Of a stretch of DNA of 64,000 nucleotides, positions 1 through 11,604 are shown piece by piece. Source of the stretch: Felis catus (taxonomy: Eukaryota). The DNA lies in contig NC_058368.1 of the NCBI RefSeq assembly GCF_018350175.1, positions 209,376,001 to 209,440,000 of the forward strand, written 5' to 3'. Position 1 is the first letter of the stretch; the number at the start of each line of letters is the position of its first letter. The notes under the pieces were generated by a model. It saw only the letters and a list, made by a program, of their open reading frames with translations, did not search any database and was not told where the DNA came from. A program made the translations under genes and the position numbers.

Positions 1-1305
1 CATTCATCAGTTGATGGACATTTAGGCTCTTTCCATAATTTGGCTATTGTTGAGAGTGCTGTTATAAACATTGGGGTACGAGTGCCCCTATGCATCAACA
101 CTCCTGTGTCCCTTGGGTAAATTCCTAGCCGTGCAATTGCTGGGTCATAGGGTAGGTCTATTTTTAATTTTTTGAGGAACCTCCACACTGTTTTCTAGAG
201 CGGCTGCACCAGTTTGCATTCCCACTAGCAGTGCAAGAGAGTTCCTGTTTCTCCACATCCTCTCCAGCATCTATAGTTTCCTGGTTTGTTCATTTTAGCC
301 ACTCTGACTGGTGTGAGGTGGTATCTCAGTGTGGTTTTGATTTGTATTTCCCTGATGAGGAGTGACATTGAGCATCTTCTCATGTGCCTGTTGGCCATCT
401 GGATGTCTTCTTTAGAGAAGTGTCTATTCATGTTTTCTGCCCATTTCTTCACTGGATTGTTTGTTTTTCGGGTATGGAGTTTGGTGAGTTCTTTATAGAT
501 TTTGGATACTAGCCCTTTATCCGATACGTCATTTGCAAATATCTTTTCCCATTCCATTGGTTGCCTTTTAGTTTTGTTGATTGTTTCCTTTGAAGTGCAG
601 AAGCTTTTTATCTTCATGAGGTCTCAATAATTCATTTTTGCTTTTAATTCCCTTGCCTCTGGAGATGTGTTGGGTAAGAAGTTGCTGCGGCCAAGGTCAA
701 AGAGGTTTTTGCCTGCTTTCTTCTCAAGGATTTTGATGGCTTCCTGTCTTACATTTAGGTCTTTCATCCATTTTGAGTTTATTTTTATGAATGGTGTAAG
801 AAAGTGGCCCAGTTTCATTCTTCTGCATGTTGCTGTCCAGTTCTCCCAGCACCATTTGTCAAAGAGACGGTCTTTTTTCCATTGGATATTCTTTCCTGCT
901 TTGTCAAAGATTAGTTGGCCATACTTGTGGTTCCAATTCTGGAGTCTCTATTCTATTCCCTTGGTCTATGTGTCTGTTTTTGTGCCAATACCATGCTGTC
1001 TTGATGATTACAGCTTTGTAGTAGAGGCTAAAGTCTGGGATTGTGATGCCTCCTGCTTTGGCTATTTGGGGTCTTTTGTGGTTCCATACAAATTTTAGGA
1101 TTGCTTATTCTAGCTTTGAGAAGAATGCTGGTGCAATTTTGATTGAGATTGCATTGAGTGTGTAGATAGCTTTGGGTAGTATTGACATTTTAATGATATT
1201 CTTCCATTCCATGAACACAGAATGTTTTTCCATTTCTTTGTATCTTCTTCAATTTCCTTCATAAGCTTTGTATAGTTTTCAGCATACAGATCTTTTACAT
1301 CTTGG
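1..1305 (-). mobile_element. L1 (L1_Fc-like) ORF2 3' portion, non-inverted segment; 3' end lies outside the window
   Basis: ORFs 225..617 and 624..818 are L1 ORF2 C-terminal peptides; near-identical to 55947-57282. Confidence 0.95.
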
Positions 1306-2250
1306 GCAGACCCATAATCAGTGAAGAAATTGAATCAGTTATCAAAAATCTCCCAACAGATAAGAGTCCAGGACCAGATGGCTTCCCTGGGGAATTCTAC
1401 CAGACATTGAAAGCAGAGATAATACGTATCCTTCTCAAGCTGTTCCAAAAAATAGAAAGGGAAAGAAAACTTCCAGACTCATTCTATGAAGCCAGTATTA
1501 CTTTGATTTCTAAACCAGACAGAGACCCAGTAAAAAAAGGGAACTACAGGCCAATATCCCTGATGAATATGGATGCAAAAATTCTCAATAAGATACTAGC
1601 AAATCGAATTCAACAGCATATAAAAAGAATTATTCACCATGATCAAGTGGGATTCATTCCTGGGCTGCAGGGCTGGTTCCACATTCACAAATCAGTCAAT
1701 GTGATACATCACATTAATAAAAGAAAAGATAAGAACCATATGATCCTGTCAATCAATGCAGAAAAAGCATTTGACAAAATTCAGCATCCTTTCTTAATAA
1801 AAACCCTCGAGAAAGTCGGGATAGAAGGAACATACTTAAAGATCATAAAAGCCATTTATGAAAAGCCCACAGCTAACATCATCCTCAATGGGGAAAAACT
1901 GAGAGCTTTTTCCCTGAGATCAGGAACACGACAGGGATGCCCACTCTCACCGCTGTTGTTTAACGTAGTGTTGGAGGTTCTAGCATCAGCAATCAGACAA
2001 CAAAAGGAAATCAAAGGCATCAAAATTGGCAAAGATGAAGTTAAGCTTTCGCTTTTTGCAGATGAGATGATACTATACATGGAAAACCCAATAGACTCCA
2101 CCAAAAGTCTGCTAGAACTGATACATGAATTGAGCAAAGTCGCAGGATACAAAGTTAATGTACTGAAATCAGTTGCATTCTTAAACACTAATAATGAAGC
2201 AACAGAAAGACAAATAAAGAAACTGATCCAATTCACAATTGCACCAAGAA
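1306..2250 (+). mobile_element. inverted 5' segment of the same L1 (ORF2 reverse transcriptase region)
   Basis: ORF 1302..2285 contains [30 protein letters not shown] and LFADEM (catalytic FADD changed to FADE); opposite strand to 1-1305. Confidence 0.95.
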
Positions 2251-2486
2251 TTATGATTTTCTTAATAACATTGTCTTTTCTCTAGCTTACTTTATTGTAA
2301 GAATATAGTATGCAATACATATAACATACAAAGTATGTGTTAATTGACCATTTATGTAATTGGCAGGGTTTCTGGTCAACAGTAGTAGGCTCTTAGTAGT
2401 TATGTTTCTAAGGAGTCAAGTTATATGTGGATTTTCAACTGCACAGGGGTTGTTGCTCCTACCCCCTTGTTGAAAGGTTAACTGTA
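2251..2486. mobile_element. Tigger2/MER28-type TcMar DNA transposon end
   Basis: ttcttaataacatt...ctagcttactttattgtaagaata...ggtcaacagtag...aaggttaactg followed by TA resembles the recalled Tigger2 terminus. Confidence 0.7.
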
Positions 2487-3632
2487 GTGGATACATTACT
2501 TAAAGTTGCCTATGTTTATCCTCTAACAGATTTCTAATAGTGTATGAAATGCTTTTAATTCTCTCATAGAACAGATTCATTCAGTTCTTTTAAACTTCTT
2601 TTACAGAGACTGCAGTATGTTTTTAGTGCTTAGAAATCTTGCTGAATGGGGTAACATAGTATAGCCTTACTTTAGAAAACTTCGCTGTTACTAGAATTTA
2701 TCTCTTTGCTACTTTTTGGAAACAAAGGCCAGTAAAGTTGTCTTAAAAAAGCAAGTCAGTCGTAATGCCTGTTTTTCATGAATTTTCCAAGTAAAGTTTT
2801 GTTATTGAGCTTATTAGTATTACGTTTGATAAAAGACAAATATTATTGCTGACAGGGAATGAATGTGCACCCAAATAATCTAAATGCAACTTAATATGTT
2901 CTTTTCTTTTTAGAGACATGGTCAATTTATTTGGATATAATAGGCCTGCTCCCTTAGTTTATGAAATCAATTTCCTTAGAAAACATTTGAGTACCTGCTG
3001 TATTTAAGGAATCATCCCCACATATTTTATTAAAAAAAACGAAAAATTTATTTTGATCTTTAACTTTTATTCCTAAGTAAGCATTTTTTTGTTAGCATTT
3101 AATTATAAACTTTGGGATTTGTTTGGAAATGAAATGTTTATAATACTGTCGTTTCACATTTAATGATGATAAAGAGGAGTTTGCTCTACTCATCTTAGAA
3201 TTAAGCAATTTTTGTAACCCATATTTTCTCTAGTTTTAATTCCATTCTGGATCATTAAATTTAGTGACAAAAAATATTTCTGGTATAGCTAATCAGAATA
3301 ATTGCACAGGTCTCAAACTCAGATGCATGCAGGGACCAGGAAACTAATAAATGTGTGAACTTTCCTGGATTGTAACACCATAGGGAAGGGACCGTGGCTG
3401 ACTAGACATTATATCTCCCTTAATAAAACGGCATTCATACGAGTCACTGTGCTGATGACAAATGTGTCTGGTGGCTGAAGAGTACACAGTGATAGGCGTT
3501 AGGGTTTAAATTTCCTGAAAACTTCCAGAAAGCCTTAAGGTAGAAAGAAAAGGTGATCAAAATATTCAGATTGTAGACAACTAATTTGTTTTTTTTCTTG
3601 ATTGTGTTTTTTATTTACACGCTTCCACACAG

Positions 3633-3825
3633 TGGCCAGATCTCTGCATTTAAAGATCCGTCTTCCTCAGTTCCACCTTTCATATCAAATGGAGTCAGTG
3701 TGTCTTCACAAACACCTATGCCAACACCACAGCAGACCCAGAGAAATGAACCCAGGGCTCAATTACCAGATTCTTCAGATTCTGTGAGGCAGATGCTCCA
3801 AGATGAAATGTTTAAATTAGTTCAG
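3633..3825 (+). CDS. CPLANE1: CPLANE1 internal coding exon (GQISAFKDPSSSVPP...SVRQMLQDEMFKLVQ)
   Basis: cacAG acceptor at 3631-32; CAG|GTAAGT donor at 3826; peptide matches recalled CPLANE1 motif VRQMLQDEMFKLVQ; phase 0 join to the next exon. Confidence 0.93.
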
Positions 3826-4126
3826 GTAAGTACATAACCGTATAAATAAGTAAATTGACATGTGTGATACATATGTAAGGGTTTGAAATATGAACAAACT
3901 TTTAGAAACTAGAAAGGGACAAGTTGAAATTAAGTTGCAGGGTTTCTCTGCTTGGGCACTCAGTGCTCCTGTATTATTTTTTAATAATTGGAGGGAACCT
4001 GTATTTTTTTAACCTGTGGTGTTTCTCTACTGGTGTGTTTCATTAAGTACAAATTCTTCTATTGGGCTTGAAGGACCCACAGCCAGTTTTTACCTTTCCT
4101 CTTTTCCCATCATACTCTCACGGGTC

Positions 4127-4306
4127 CAGTGGTTCCCAGAGTGTGGTCCCTGGATCAGGAGCATCAGCATCACTTAGATGTTAGAAATACAAGTTCTCAG
4201 GCCCCCATTCCAGACCTGCTGAAATCAGAAGCTCTGGGATGGGGCTCAGCAAAGAGTGCTTTAAGTCCCCTAGGTGATTCTGAATCATGCTAAAGTTTGA
4301 GAACTA
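4127..4306. mobile_element. MER5A (hAT-Charlie MITE)
   Basis: cagtggttc...gcatcagcatcac...ggtgattct...tttgagaact. Confidence 0.8.
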
Positions 4307-4373
4307 ACACACTCACCTGTCCTCATTATAGCTGCTATTAATTTCCCTTGCCATTTAAGCCAGTGTTTGTGCT

Positions 4374-4536
4374 AGTGGTTCCTAGGCTTTTCTGCATCCT
4401 GAAATCACCTTGTCATCTTAAAAAATACTAATCCCCAGATAATCTGATTTTATTGCTGTGTGGTGTGGCGTGGCAGTGGGGATTTTTAAATGCTTCTCAG
4501 GTGATTCTAATGTGCAGCAGAGTTTATCAACCACTG
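4374..4536. mobile_element. MER5-family MITE
   Basis: tagtggttcc...aggtgattctaatgtgcag...aaccactg terminal inverted ends. Confidence 0.65.
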
Positions 4537-4895
4537 GTGCATGCCTTTGCCTTTCACCTAGTCAGCCTTTCTATGGAATTCTCCATTCTTCCTCTGTTTG
4601 CTAATCTTTGCTTTTTTTTCCTACTGAAAACCTGGTCACAACACACTCATTTTAGGACTTCTTTAATTAAACTCATTTCATCCCATCAGATCACTACTTT
4701 ATGGTCCCCGGGATGTTTATGTAAACTGCTTTATTCATAGTCCCAAGTCTCATTATGATTTTATATTTCCAGTTGACAGCTTCTTGAAAGCGGGGAGCTA
4801 TTCTTTTCTTCCTTTAAAAAGAATCTCTTCCAGCTTTGCTTCCTGCTCAGCATTCATGGGTCTGACAGATAGTAAGACAAAAGTATGACTGTTGT

Positions 4896-5006
4896 GGGAG
4901 TGCTTGGGTGTGGCTCAGCCAAGATTCTGTGTCTCCATCTTTTTCTGCCCCTCTCCTGCTCATGCTCTGATTCTATCTCTCAAAAATAAACAAACAAACA
5001 AACACT
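4896..5006 (+). mobile_element. internally deleted carnivore SINE with TSD
   Basis: TSD aaaagtatgactgttgt at 4879-4895 and 5007-5023; SINE head fused to the gattctgtgtctcc 3' part and A-rich tail. Confidence 0.8.
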
Positions 5007-5103
5007 AAAAGTATGACTGTTGTGAAATACTCAGATGATTGTTGTTGATTCTTTGGATTCTTTTCATTATATTTTAAAATGTTTAAATTTTATTTTATTC
5101 TAG

Positions 5104-5397
5104 CTGCAACAGATCAACTTCATGAGCCTAATGCAAATAGTAGGATCATCCTTTGCCAACCTCCCAGATATACATCAACTTCTACAGCAGTCTCAGCCTG
5201 TTCGTTTGGTGGGAAGCCAAGTATCAAACCCCACAAGAGGGAGTAGTGATGTTGATGACACCAGTAGAAATTTTAAGGAGAAATCTTTTATTAAGCCACA
5301 GTCCATGGGAGAGTATACCAGAGAGCCTGGTGAGAAGAGTCCACACTGCCATAAAGGAATTGTGCAGGATGATCAAAATAGTAATGGAAATGTGCAG
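5104..5397 (+). CDS. CPLANE1: CPLANE1 exon (LQQINFMSLMQIVGSSFANLPD...NSNGNVQ)
   Basis: ttttattctAG acceptor, CAG|GTAATA donor, 294 nt, phase 0/0; LQQINFMSLMQIVGSSFANLPD is recognisable CPLANE1. Confidence 0.96.
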
Positions 5398-5585
5398 GTA
5401 ATACATTTAAAAATATCATTAAAAATGGTTCTAGTAGCTCAGTTGTTGGCTTTTTGTGATTTGAGCAAATAACTTTTTAGCACTTATTACATTCCACCCC
5501 CTTCAAAACACTTTGAACATCATTAACAAAATAAGACGTTTGTAATATGTTCTAAACTTACATAATAGCTTTTTTTCTCTTCTAG

Positions 5586-6356
5586 AATATACCACATGGG
5601 AGTATTCCTTTATGTGAGTCAGAAGGCCCACCTCAGAATACAGGATTAACTCCAGCATCTCAAAGCTTACCAACTCCTGCACTGTCTTCAGCTCCTGCTG
5701 GAAGTACTGCCCTCTACCTTTTGTCCCCATCTTCTGCCATTCTGAAGACACCTAGACTAATCCCAGCTGCAAAAACCTTCAGGCCTGGTGATGGTTTTCC
5801 TTTGCTTCAGTTTCAGCCTAAGCATGAATTTAAGCCCCTTTCCTTCCATACAGGAAGAGCCCCACAAGTTCCCTTCAGGCCCCCGCCACAGCCCAGAGAG
5901 GCTTGGGGATTATCTGATTCCTTCCAGCCTCCATTGCCACGGAAAGCAATGCACATGACTTCAGTGCCCCATCTGAATTTGAGCCAGTGTAATACTGAAG
6001 CCACAAAAAAAGCAATGGAGCAGAAGAAATGGGCAGAATCTGTAATTACAGAAATCCCTAAGCGTGTGAACGTGGATCAGTGTGTTGGACATGAAAAGTT
6101 GACATCTCAACAGGACTCTTCAGTGTTTATAAAACCAGAAAAACTACTTGATGTTAAGCCAGGGTCCCTTGAAATATGGCCTCAGAATTCCTTCGGACTT
6201 CCATTATTGCACCTGCAACTTAAGCCTCCTTATATATTTTCCTCTGCCTCAACAGCATCAGTAACAATTCCCTCAATACCTATGAGAACTGTAGCAGAAG
6301 AAAGAAAATACCCAAGGCTTTCATTACTTCATTCATGCCTATCCCCGGAAAATACG
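5586..6356 (+). CDS. CPLANE1: CPLANE1 large exon (NIPHGSIPLC...GDGFPLLQF...EERKYPRLSLLHSCLSPENT)
   Basis: pyrimidine tract plus tctAG acceptor; ACG|GTAATG donor; 771 nt open frame that contains most of ORF 5721..6377. Confidence 0.96.
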
Positions 6357-6439
6357 GTAATGATTGTGGCAGAGTGATGCAAAAGCAGTCCTGCATTTTT
6401 CATACCATAAATCCTATACGTGCAATTATACTACATTCC

Positions 6440-6650
6440 TTTTTTTTTTTAATTTTTAAATTTTATTTAAATCCAAGTTAACATATAGTGTAGTAATGAT
6501 TTCAGGAGTAGAATTTAGTGATTCATCACTTACCTGTGACACCCAGTGCTCATCCCAACAAGTGTCCTTAATGCCCCTTGTCCATTTAGCCCATCCCCCC
6601 ACCCAACACCTCAGTTTGTTCTCTGTATGGAAGAGTCTCTTATGGCTTTC
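6440..6650 (-). mobile_element. 5'-truncated L1 3'UTR fragment
   Basis: poly-T head; acccagtgctcatcccaacaagtg motif shared with 55245-55488; approximate TSD acattc/tcttttt. Confidence 0.8.
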
Positions 6651-6886
6651 CACATTTCTTTTTTAAAAATAATGCTTCTAAAAATTTTTAAATAAAACTA
6701 ATGCTTCTGTTATTGGAAATAACATAAAAATCCAGTTTAAAATGGTAATTAGGTATTTTAAAGCTTTTGGATCTGTCTTGTATACCAATACTAGAATTTG
6801 TGAGACTTTTTCATAGGTATTTCTTCTGCTCAGACAAGAAATAAGTAAAATAAAATGATCGGTATTCTTGTTCATATGGGTAAAGG

Positions 6887-6909
6887 TGTGTGTGTGTGTG
6901 TGTGTGTGT
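6887..6909. repeat. (TG)n microsatellite
   Basis: direct read. Confidence 0.95.
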
Positions 6910-7788
6910 AGAGAAAGGGAGAGCACACGTACAAGTGTGCAAACATATATTACTTAACATTCCTAGTAATTGTGATATGATTGCCTTCAAATCTGTTACA
7001 GTTTAAAATTGTTAAATAGACCCAGGCCTGTAAGTAGTTGTACATAATGGTGTATTTTTAAAGTAGTTTAGAGGTTGAATGTTTATAAACCCACAAAATC
7101 CCCTTTAAAGTTGTAAGCTTTAGTTTATGAAATTCAAATTGTTTACGCTCTAATTTTTTAAGTCAGTAGTACTGTCTTAGGAAGGTAATTGAAATTCTCT
7201 GGTACACTTTTAATTTTAAGATTTGAAGATAGTACTGGGAAAAGAAATGGTCACTCTTTAGAAGTACTTATCATGCCGCCTTTTTTTCTGAACATATTAT
7301 GAACAAAAAGGATTAAAGGTATAGAAAAATAGACATTTTGAGGGGGATTTAAAGAAATTTTTTTTTATTAGAACAGTATAATGAACCAAGTTCTATCATC
7401 TGACATCAATATTTGTCAACACACTGTTAATCTATCCCATCCATAACCTCTACTTGTCTGTATCCTCCCTGTTCCAAAGAATTTTAAGTCAAATGATAGA
7501 CATTATGTATTTTATTTATAAGATTTTTAACATAGAATAGAAATTAAGAAGGTGAGGACTTCCAGCTTAGCTTCTGAAGTAGGAGGACCCAGCTGGAATT
7601 TCTAGCACTCTAAACTTATTTATTCTTTAAGCTCTAGTTACTCGTTTTACAAGTCCAAATCAATTTGTTATCTTTGACATGTTCTGTCTCTCACATTTTA
7701 ATTTAAACAAAGGTTTTTCTCAAAAATTTTTAATGTGTTACATAATTGAGGTTTATAACTTTAAATTATTATGCTTTATTTCTTATAG

Positions 7789-7955
7789 TACAAAAACCCA
7801 CAACTTATTCCCCTTGAGAACCTCATTGCATTCAAACAAAGCCAAGAGAAACTAGCACCTAATTTATTTGAACAAGGCGATTTTGGACACCTTCGGCTTC
7901 TAAAGGTCAAAATAGAACCATCTGAAGCGAGACAAGGAAAGGACAGTAAAAAAAG
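7789..7955 (+). CDS. CPLANE1: CPLANE1 exon (YKNPQLIPLENLIAFKQSQ...QGKDSKK) ending at a GC donor
   Basis: ttatAG acceptor; AAG|GCAAGT donor; AG+A forms R in frame with the next exon (KKRQRRRAEKE). Confidence 0.92.
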
Positions 7956-8204
7956 GCAAGTTTTAAGTGGAATTTTATTTGAGACTGTCACTTATCTGCA
8001 AATTTATTATTAGTTGAAAAAATATAGTTAGAAAAGTGAAAGTTATCTGGTTCAACCTCCCAGCCTGTACACAATTGAATATTCTATTTTCATATCAAGT
8101 GTCATGCATTTGAACACGTCTTGTGATAAGGAAAATTCCTATATTGTGACAGATAAATACTGTTATTTTTTCCATTTTATTAAGGAATTCCTTACTGGAT
8201 TTCT

Positions 8205-8429
8205 TTTTTTTTTTTTTTTAATGTTTTTAACGTTTATTTATTATTGAAAGATAGAGTCAGAGTGTGAGCAGGGGAGGGGCAGAGGGAGAGGGAGACACAG
8301 AATCTGAAGCAGGCTCCAGGCTCTGAGCTGTCAGCACAGAGACCGACACGGGGCTCGAACTCACAAACCACGAGATCGTGACCTGAGCTGAAGTCGGAGG
8401 CTTAACTGACTGAGCCACCCAGGCGCCCC
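8205..8429 (-). mobile_element. felid SINE with TSD
   Basis: TSD cttactggatttct at 8191-8204 and 8430-8443. Confidence 0.92.
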
Positions 8430-9272
8430 CTTACTGGATTTCTCAGGCCAGAAGATTCTTTTACATTTTTCTGTAACATTATGAGCAGTTTTATTTTGTA
8501 GGATAAACATTTGGCATCTCATGCAATATTCCATGTACTAATACACTGAAGTAATATTGTTATTCATCTTACCATATCCTCCAGATTCTTACATAAGGAG
8601 CAGGGGGGGTAAGTGATGTGACTTGTTTCAGGACACTAAGAAACATGCATGTAAAAAAGCAAGGCTGTGACTTCTAATAAAGAACATTTATAATGTTTTA
8701 TTCATAATGGGTATTCAAAAATCTATTGACTGGTAGGTTATTACTGAGTCCAGAAAATATTTTTAAAATTTCACATTTATCAGACCCTAAAATCTGATAC
8801 CAGTGCCCTTTTTCCAGAAATAGTTCCTTCCTTCCATCTTTTTCAGGTATTCCCTCTTCAAAGTAAGTCTTCTTCTTGACTTTTTGGGCCTTCTTTCCTC
8901 CTTGCTGGGATTTCAAGGTCACTTAAGTGTGCTTAACTTCTTCAAAAGGGTCAGTGGAGGTATCCCATAGGGCTTCTGAGGTCAGCTTAGAGTCTGCAGA
9001 AAAGAGAGTTTGAAAATTACCTAAAAGGTATGACTCTGACCTGAGATTCCAGAAAAAGTTCAGTAGTTGAGGAACTAGAAACAGCTTTCGTGTGCCCCTG
9101 ACATTTGCTTATATTTGCTTGTGTTCTAGCAGAGTATCCTGCTAATTTAATTATATACCATTGAAAATAATTTGTTGACATAATTTTGATAACTGTCTCC
9201 CTGTATAGCATGATATAAGTAAAAAACTGATGTTACTAAAATAGTAAAAACATATTTTATGCTATTTAACAG

Positions 9273-9405
9273 ACAAAGACGACGAGCTGAGAAAGAGCTG
9301 CAAGAAAAAAGATCAGAGAAGATAAGGAGAAAACCAAGTGTGGCTTTCCAACCAGAGAGTTCCATTGTTAATGATAATGATTCAGAAATAGTTATGAAAT
9401 CCAAG
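9273..9405 (+). CDS. CPLANE1: CPLANE1 exon (QRRRAEKELQEKRSEKIRRKP...EIVMKSK)
   Basis: ttaacAG acceptor, AAG|GTACAG donor, phase 2/0. Confidence 0.94.
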
Positions 9406-10286
9406 GTACAGAAAAACTGCTATACATTCTTCCCTGCTTTGCGTGTACACAGAGTTTGGAATGTCTCTGTGGTTTGTCTAGTCTTCTGATTGCCGAAGCT
9501 TCTGATTGTGACTAGGAGAATCTTTACATCATTTAAGATGTGAAGCAGATACATAAACCTTGCTGCATCCCTTCATGGAACAGTGGACATACAGTTGCAA
9601 ATGTGAAAAGCAAGTTGGTGGTAAATCAAAAACTATAGTGTAGAGCATCTGCCGGTGTGACTTTCTTATATTTAATCACTCCTTGCTTTTTTCTCTGATC
9701 TCTTAATGCATACCATATATGTTCTTTGGGTTGCTCCTAATACAGTTTAATCTCTTTTAGATGCCTCCAGCATTTCCCACACATACGTTTGTTATGTAAC
9801 CTATATATTTAAGTCAGATCTTTTCAAACATTCCTTCTAACTTTGATGACTGTTTACTTATTTTTGCAACAAATTAAATAAACATGAACAGTTTTGTTTA
9901 TAAGGATTTTTTAAAAGCACACTTCACTAAGTCCTCAAGAGCATGTGGGGAGGCACTTAATAAAAATGTTGACTTCCTGAGCAGTTTTGATACGGTGGGT
10001 TACTATTTGAGTGTTAAAACTGCTCTGCAGTAGAGAACATTGCAGTTTAGTAACTGCATTAAATTAGTACTGTTCTTTTTTATTGTTTGACTTGTGAGTT
10101 TTGTGAACTCCTTTGTAGAGTTACTTTGATAGAGTAAATAAATATTTCTAGGATAGGTTTCAAATCTATACCTAAAAATTCAATAATTCTCTTAGCTATT
10201 GAATGTTTGCTTCCCCCCCCCCCCGTTGCCCCCCAAATAATGAATGTCTTTGAGTTACAAGATTGATCATTTGGGGATTCATTTAG

Positions 10287-10338
10287 GAGCAACAAGAACA
10301 TGGTTCCCAGCCTTTGGATGATTTTGACATTCCTTTTG
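10287..10338 (+). CDS. CPLANE1: CPLANE1 52-nt exon (EQQEHGSQPLDDFDIPF)
   Basis: atttAG acceptor, TTG|GTATGT donor; phase 0/1 bridges the flanking exons; resembles recalled human EQQEHCGSHPLDDFDVPF. Confidence 0.9.
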
Positions 10339-10449
10339 GTATGTATAAGCATGATTAATGTAGTATCTCAGTTCAAAGTTAAAATCAGCTTTCTAGAATT
10401 ATGTGTATAAAAATGAGACCATTATTTTCAGTTTATCTTTGACAAGATT

Positions 10450-10452
<3 letters not shown>

Positions 10453-10489
<37 letters not shown>

Positions 10490-10500
10490 ACGCGCGTGCG
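10453..10500. repeat. (TG)n running into alternating (CG/CA) purine-pyrimidine tract
   Basis: direct read. Confidence 0.9.
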
Positions 10501-10528
10501 TTGTGTTTTGATGTGTTATCCGGTAGAA

Positions 10529-10742
10529 CAGTGGTTGACAAACTATGGCCCACAGGCCAGATCCAGACCATGCCTGTTTTGTAAATCAAGTTTTATTGAA
10601 ACACAGCCATGCCTATTTATTTACACATTATGACAGATTTTGCACTGCAGCAAGGTTCACTTGTTGCAAGAAGAGCCACATAGAATGCAAAGCCGAAATA
10701 TTTATTATCTTGCCCTTTACAGAAAAAACTTGCTGATCTCTA
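10529..10742. mobile_element. MER58A-like hAT MITE
   Basis: cagtggttgacaaactatggccc...ttttgtaaatcaagttttattgaaacacagccatg...ccctttacagaaaaa. Confidence 0.75.
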
Positions 10743-11411
10743 CCGTATAGCAGTGCAATTAATTAGAATCTCAAATAAGATACTGATATATAAGGCCTAA
10801 AAGGAAATTATGGAAGAACATGCCTGTCGAATTCCTCATAGAAAATACATGCACATTAAAGTAAGGAATCAGTTCAGAAAAGAGTACTTGCTTAGAAGAT
10901 AGTAAATTCTCTTCTTTCTTTAGTTGGTCAGTTTACTTCTTGCCACCAAATGCATGTATTCCCCAGGGCTTTCTCCTTAGTAATTTTCATACACACAAAC
11001 GGTCACTCTCAGGACTTCAGCTACACTCAAATGATACTCAAAGACACATCTACCCTCCCTCATCTTTCTTTTCTACTTTCACCTTAAACTTAGCATGTCC
11101 AAATTTTAAACTGGCATTTTGCCATTAGTGATGTCACCATTCACTTGATTGGTGAAGATTTTTACCTTGAAAGTCACCCTTGGTTTACCCCTCACCTTTG
11201 TTGTCCCACTCCTTCACTCAGTCCTTGATGTGGTCCTCCCTCTCTTTGTTGATATCACTGCCCTGCATCAAGCCTCTGCGTGCCTAAACCAAGCAGTTTT
11301 TTTTTCCCTAACTGACCTGCTTGCTTAGCTTGCTAATCCATTTAGCATTCTTTCCCACTCACTTGTCTTAAAACCAGTTTCTTTTTCATTCTTAACAGTG
11401 GTTTGGGTTTT

Positions 11412-11418
11412 TTTCTTT

Positions 11419-11474
<56 letters not shown>

Positions 11475-11494
11475 TTTCTTTCTTTCTTTCTTTC
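11412..11494. repeat. (TTTC)n tetranucleotide microsatellite
   Basis: direct read. Confidence 0.95.
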
Positions 11495-11604
11495 GGCTTT
11501 GTGAAGGTAATACTTGTTCACTGAAGAAAATTGAGAAAATACAAATAGGAATAGGAAGAACATTAAAATCTACCCCCCCCAATCTTCCATACATTGTTAA
11601 AAAG

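Noticed and set aside
1302..2285. 327-aa reverse-transcriptase ORF as an independent or domesticated gene
   Set aside because: It is the inverted piece of an L1; the start is a TTG created at the junction and the catalytic FADD is changed to FADE
2900..2960. ttttctttttAG|agacatg as an additional CPLANE1 exon
   Set aside because: No convincing donor and no recognisable CPLANE1 peptide
3307..3470. Possible hAT-type MITE (caggtctcaaactcagatgc...)
   Set aside because: Looks repeat-derived, but I cannot assign a family or ends with confidence
8698..9211. Minus-strand lysine-rich ORFs suggesting an antisense gene or retrocopy
   Set aside because: Short, no protein similarity I recognise, no poly-A or TSD; only a database search could revive it
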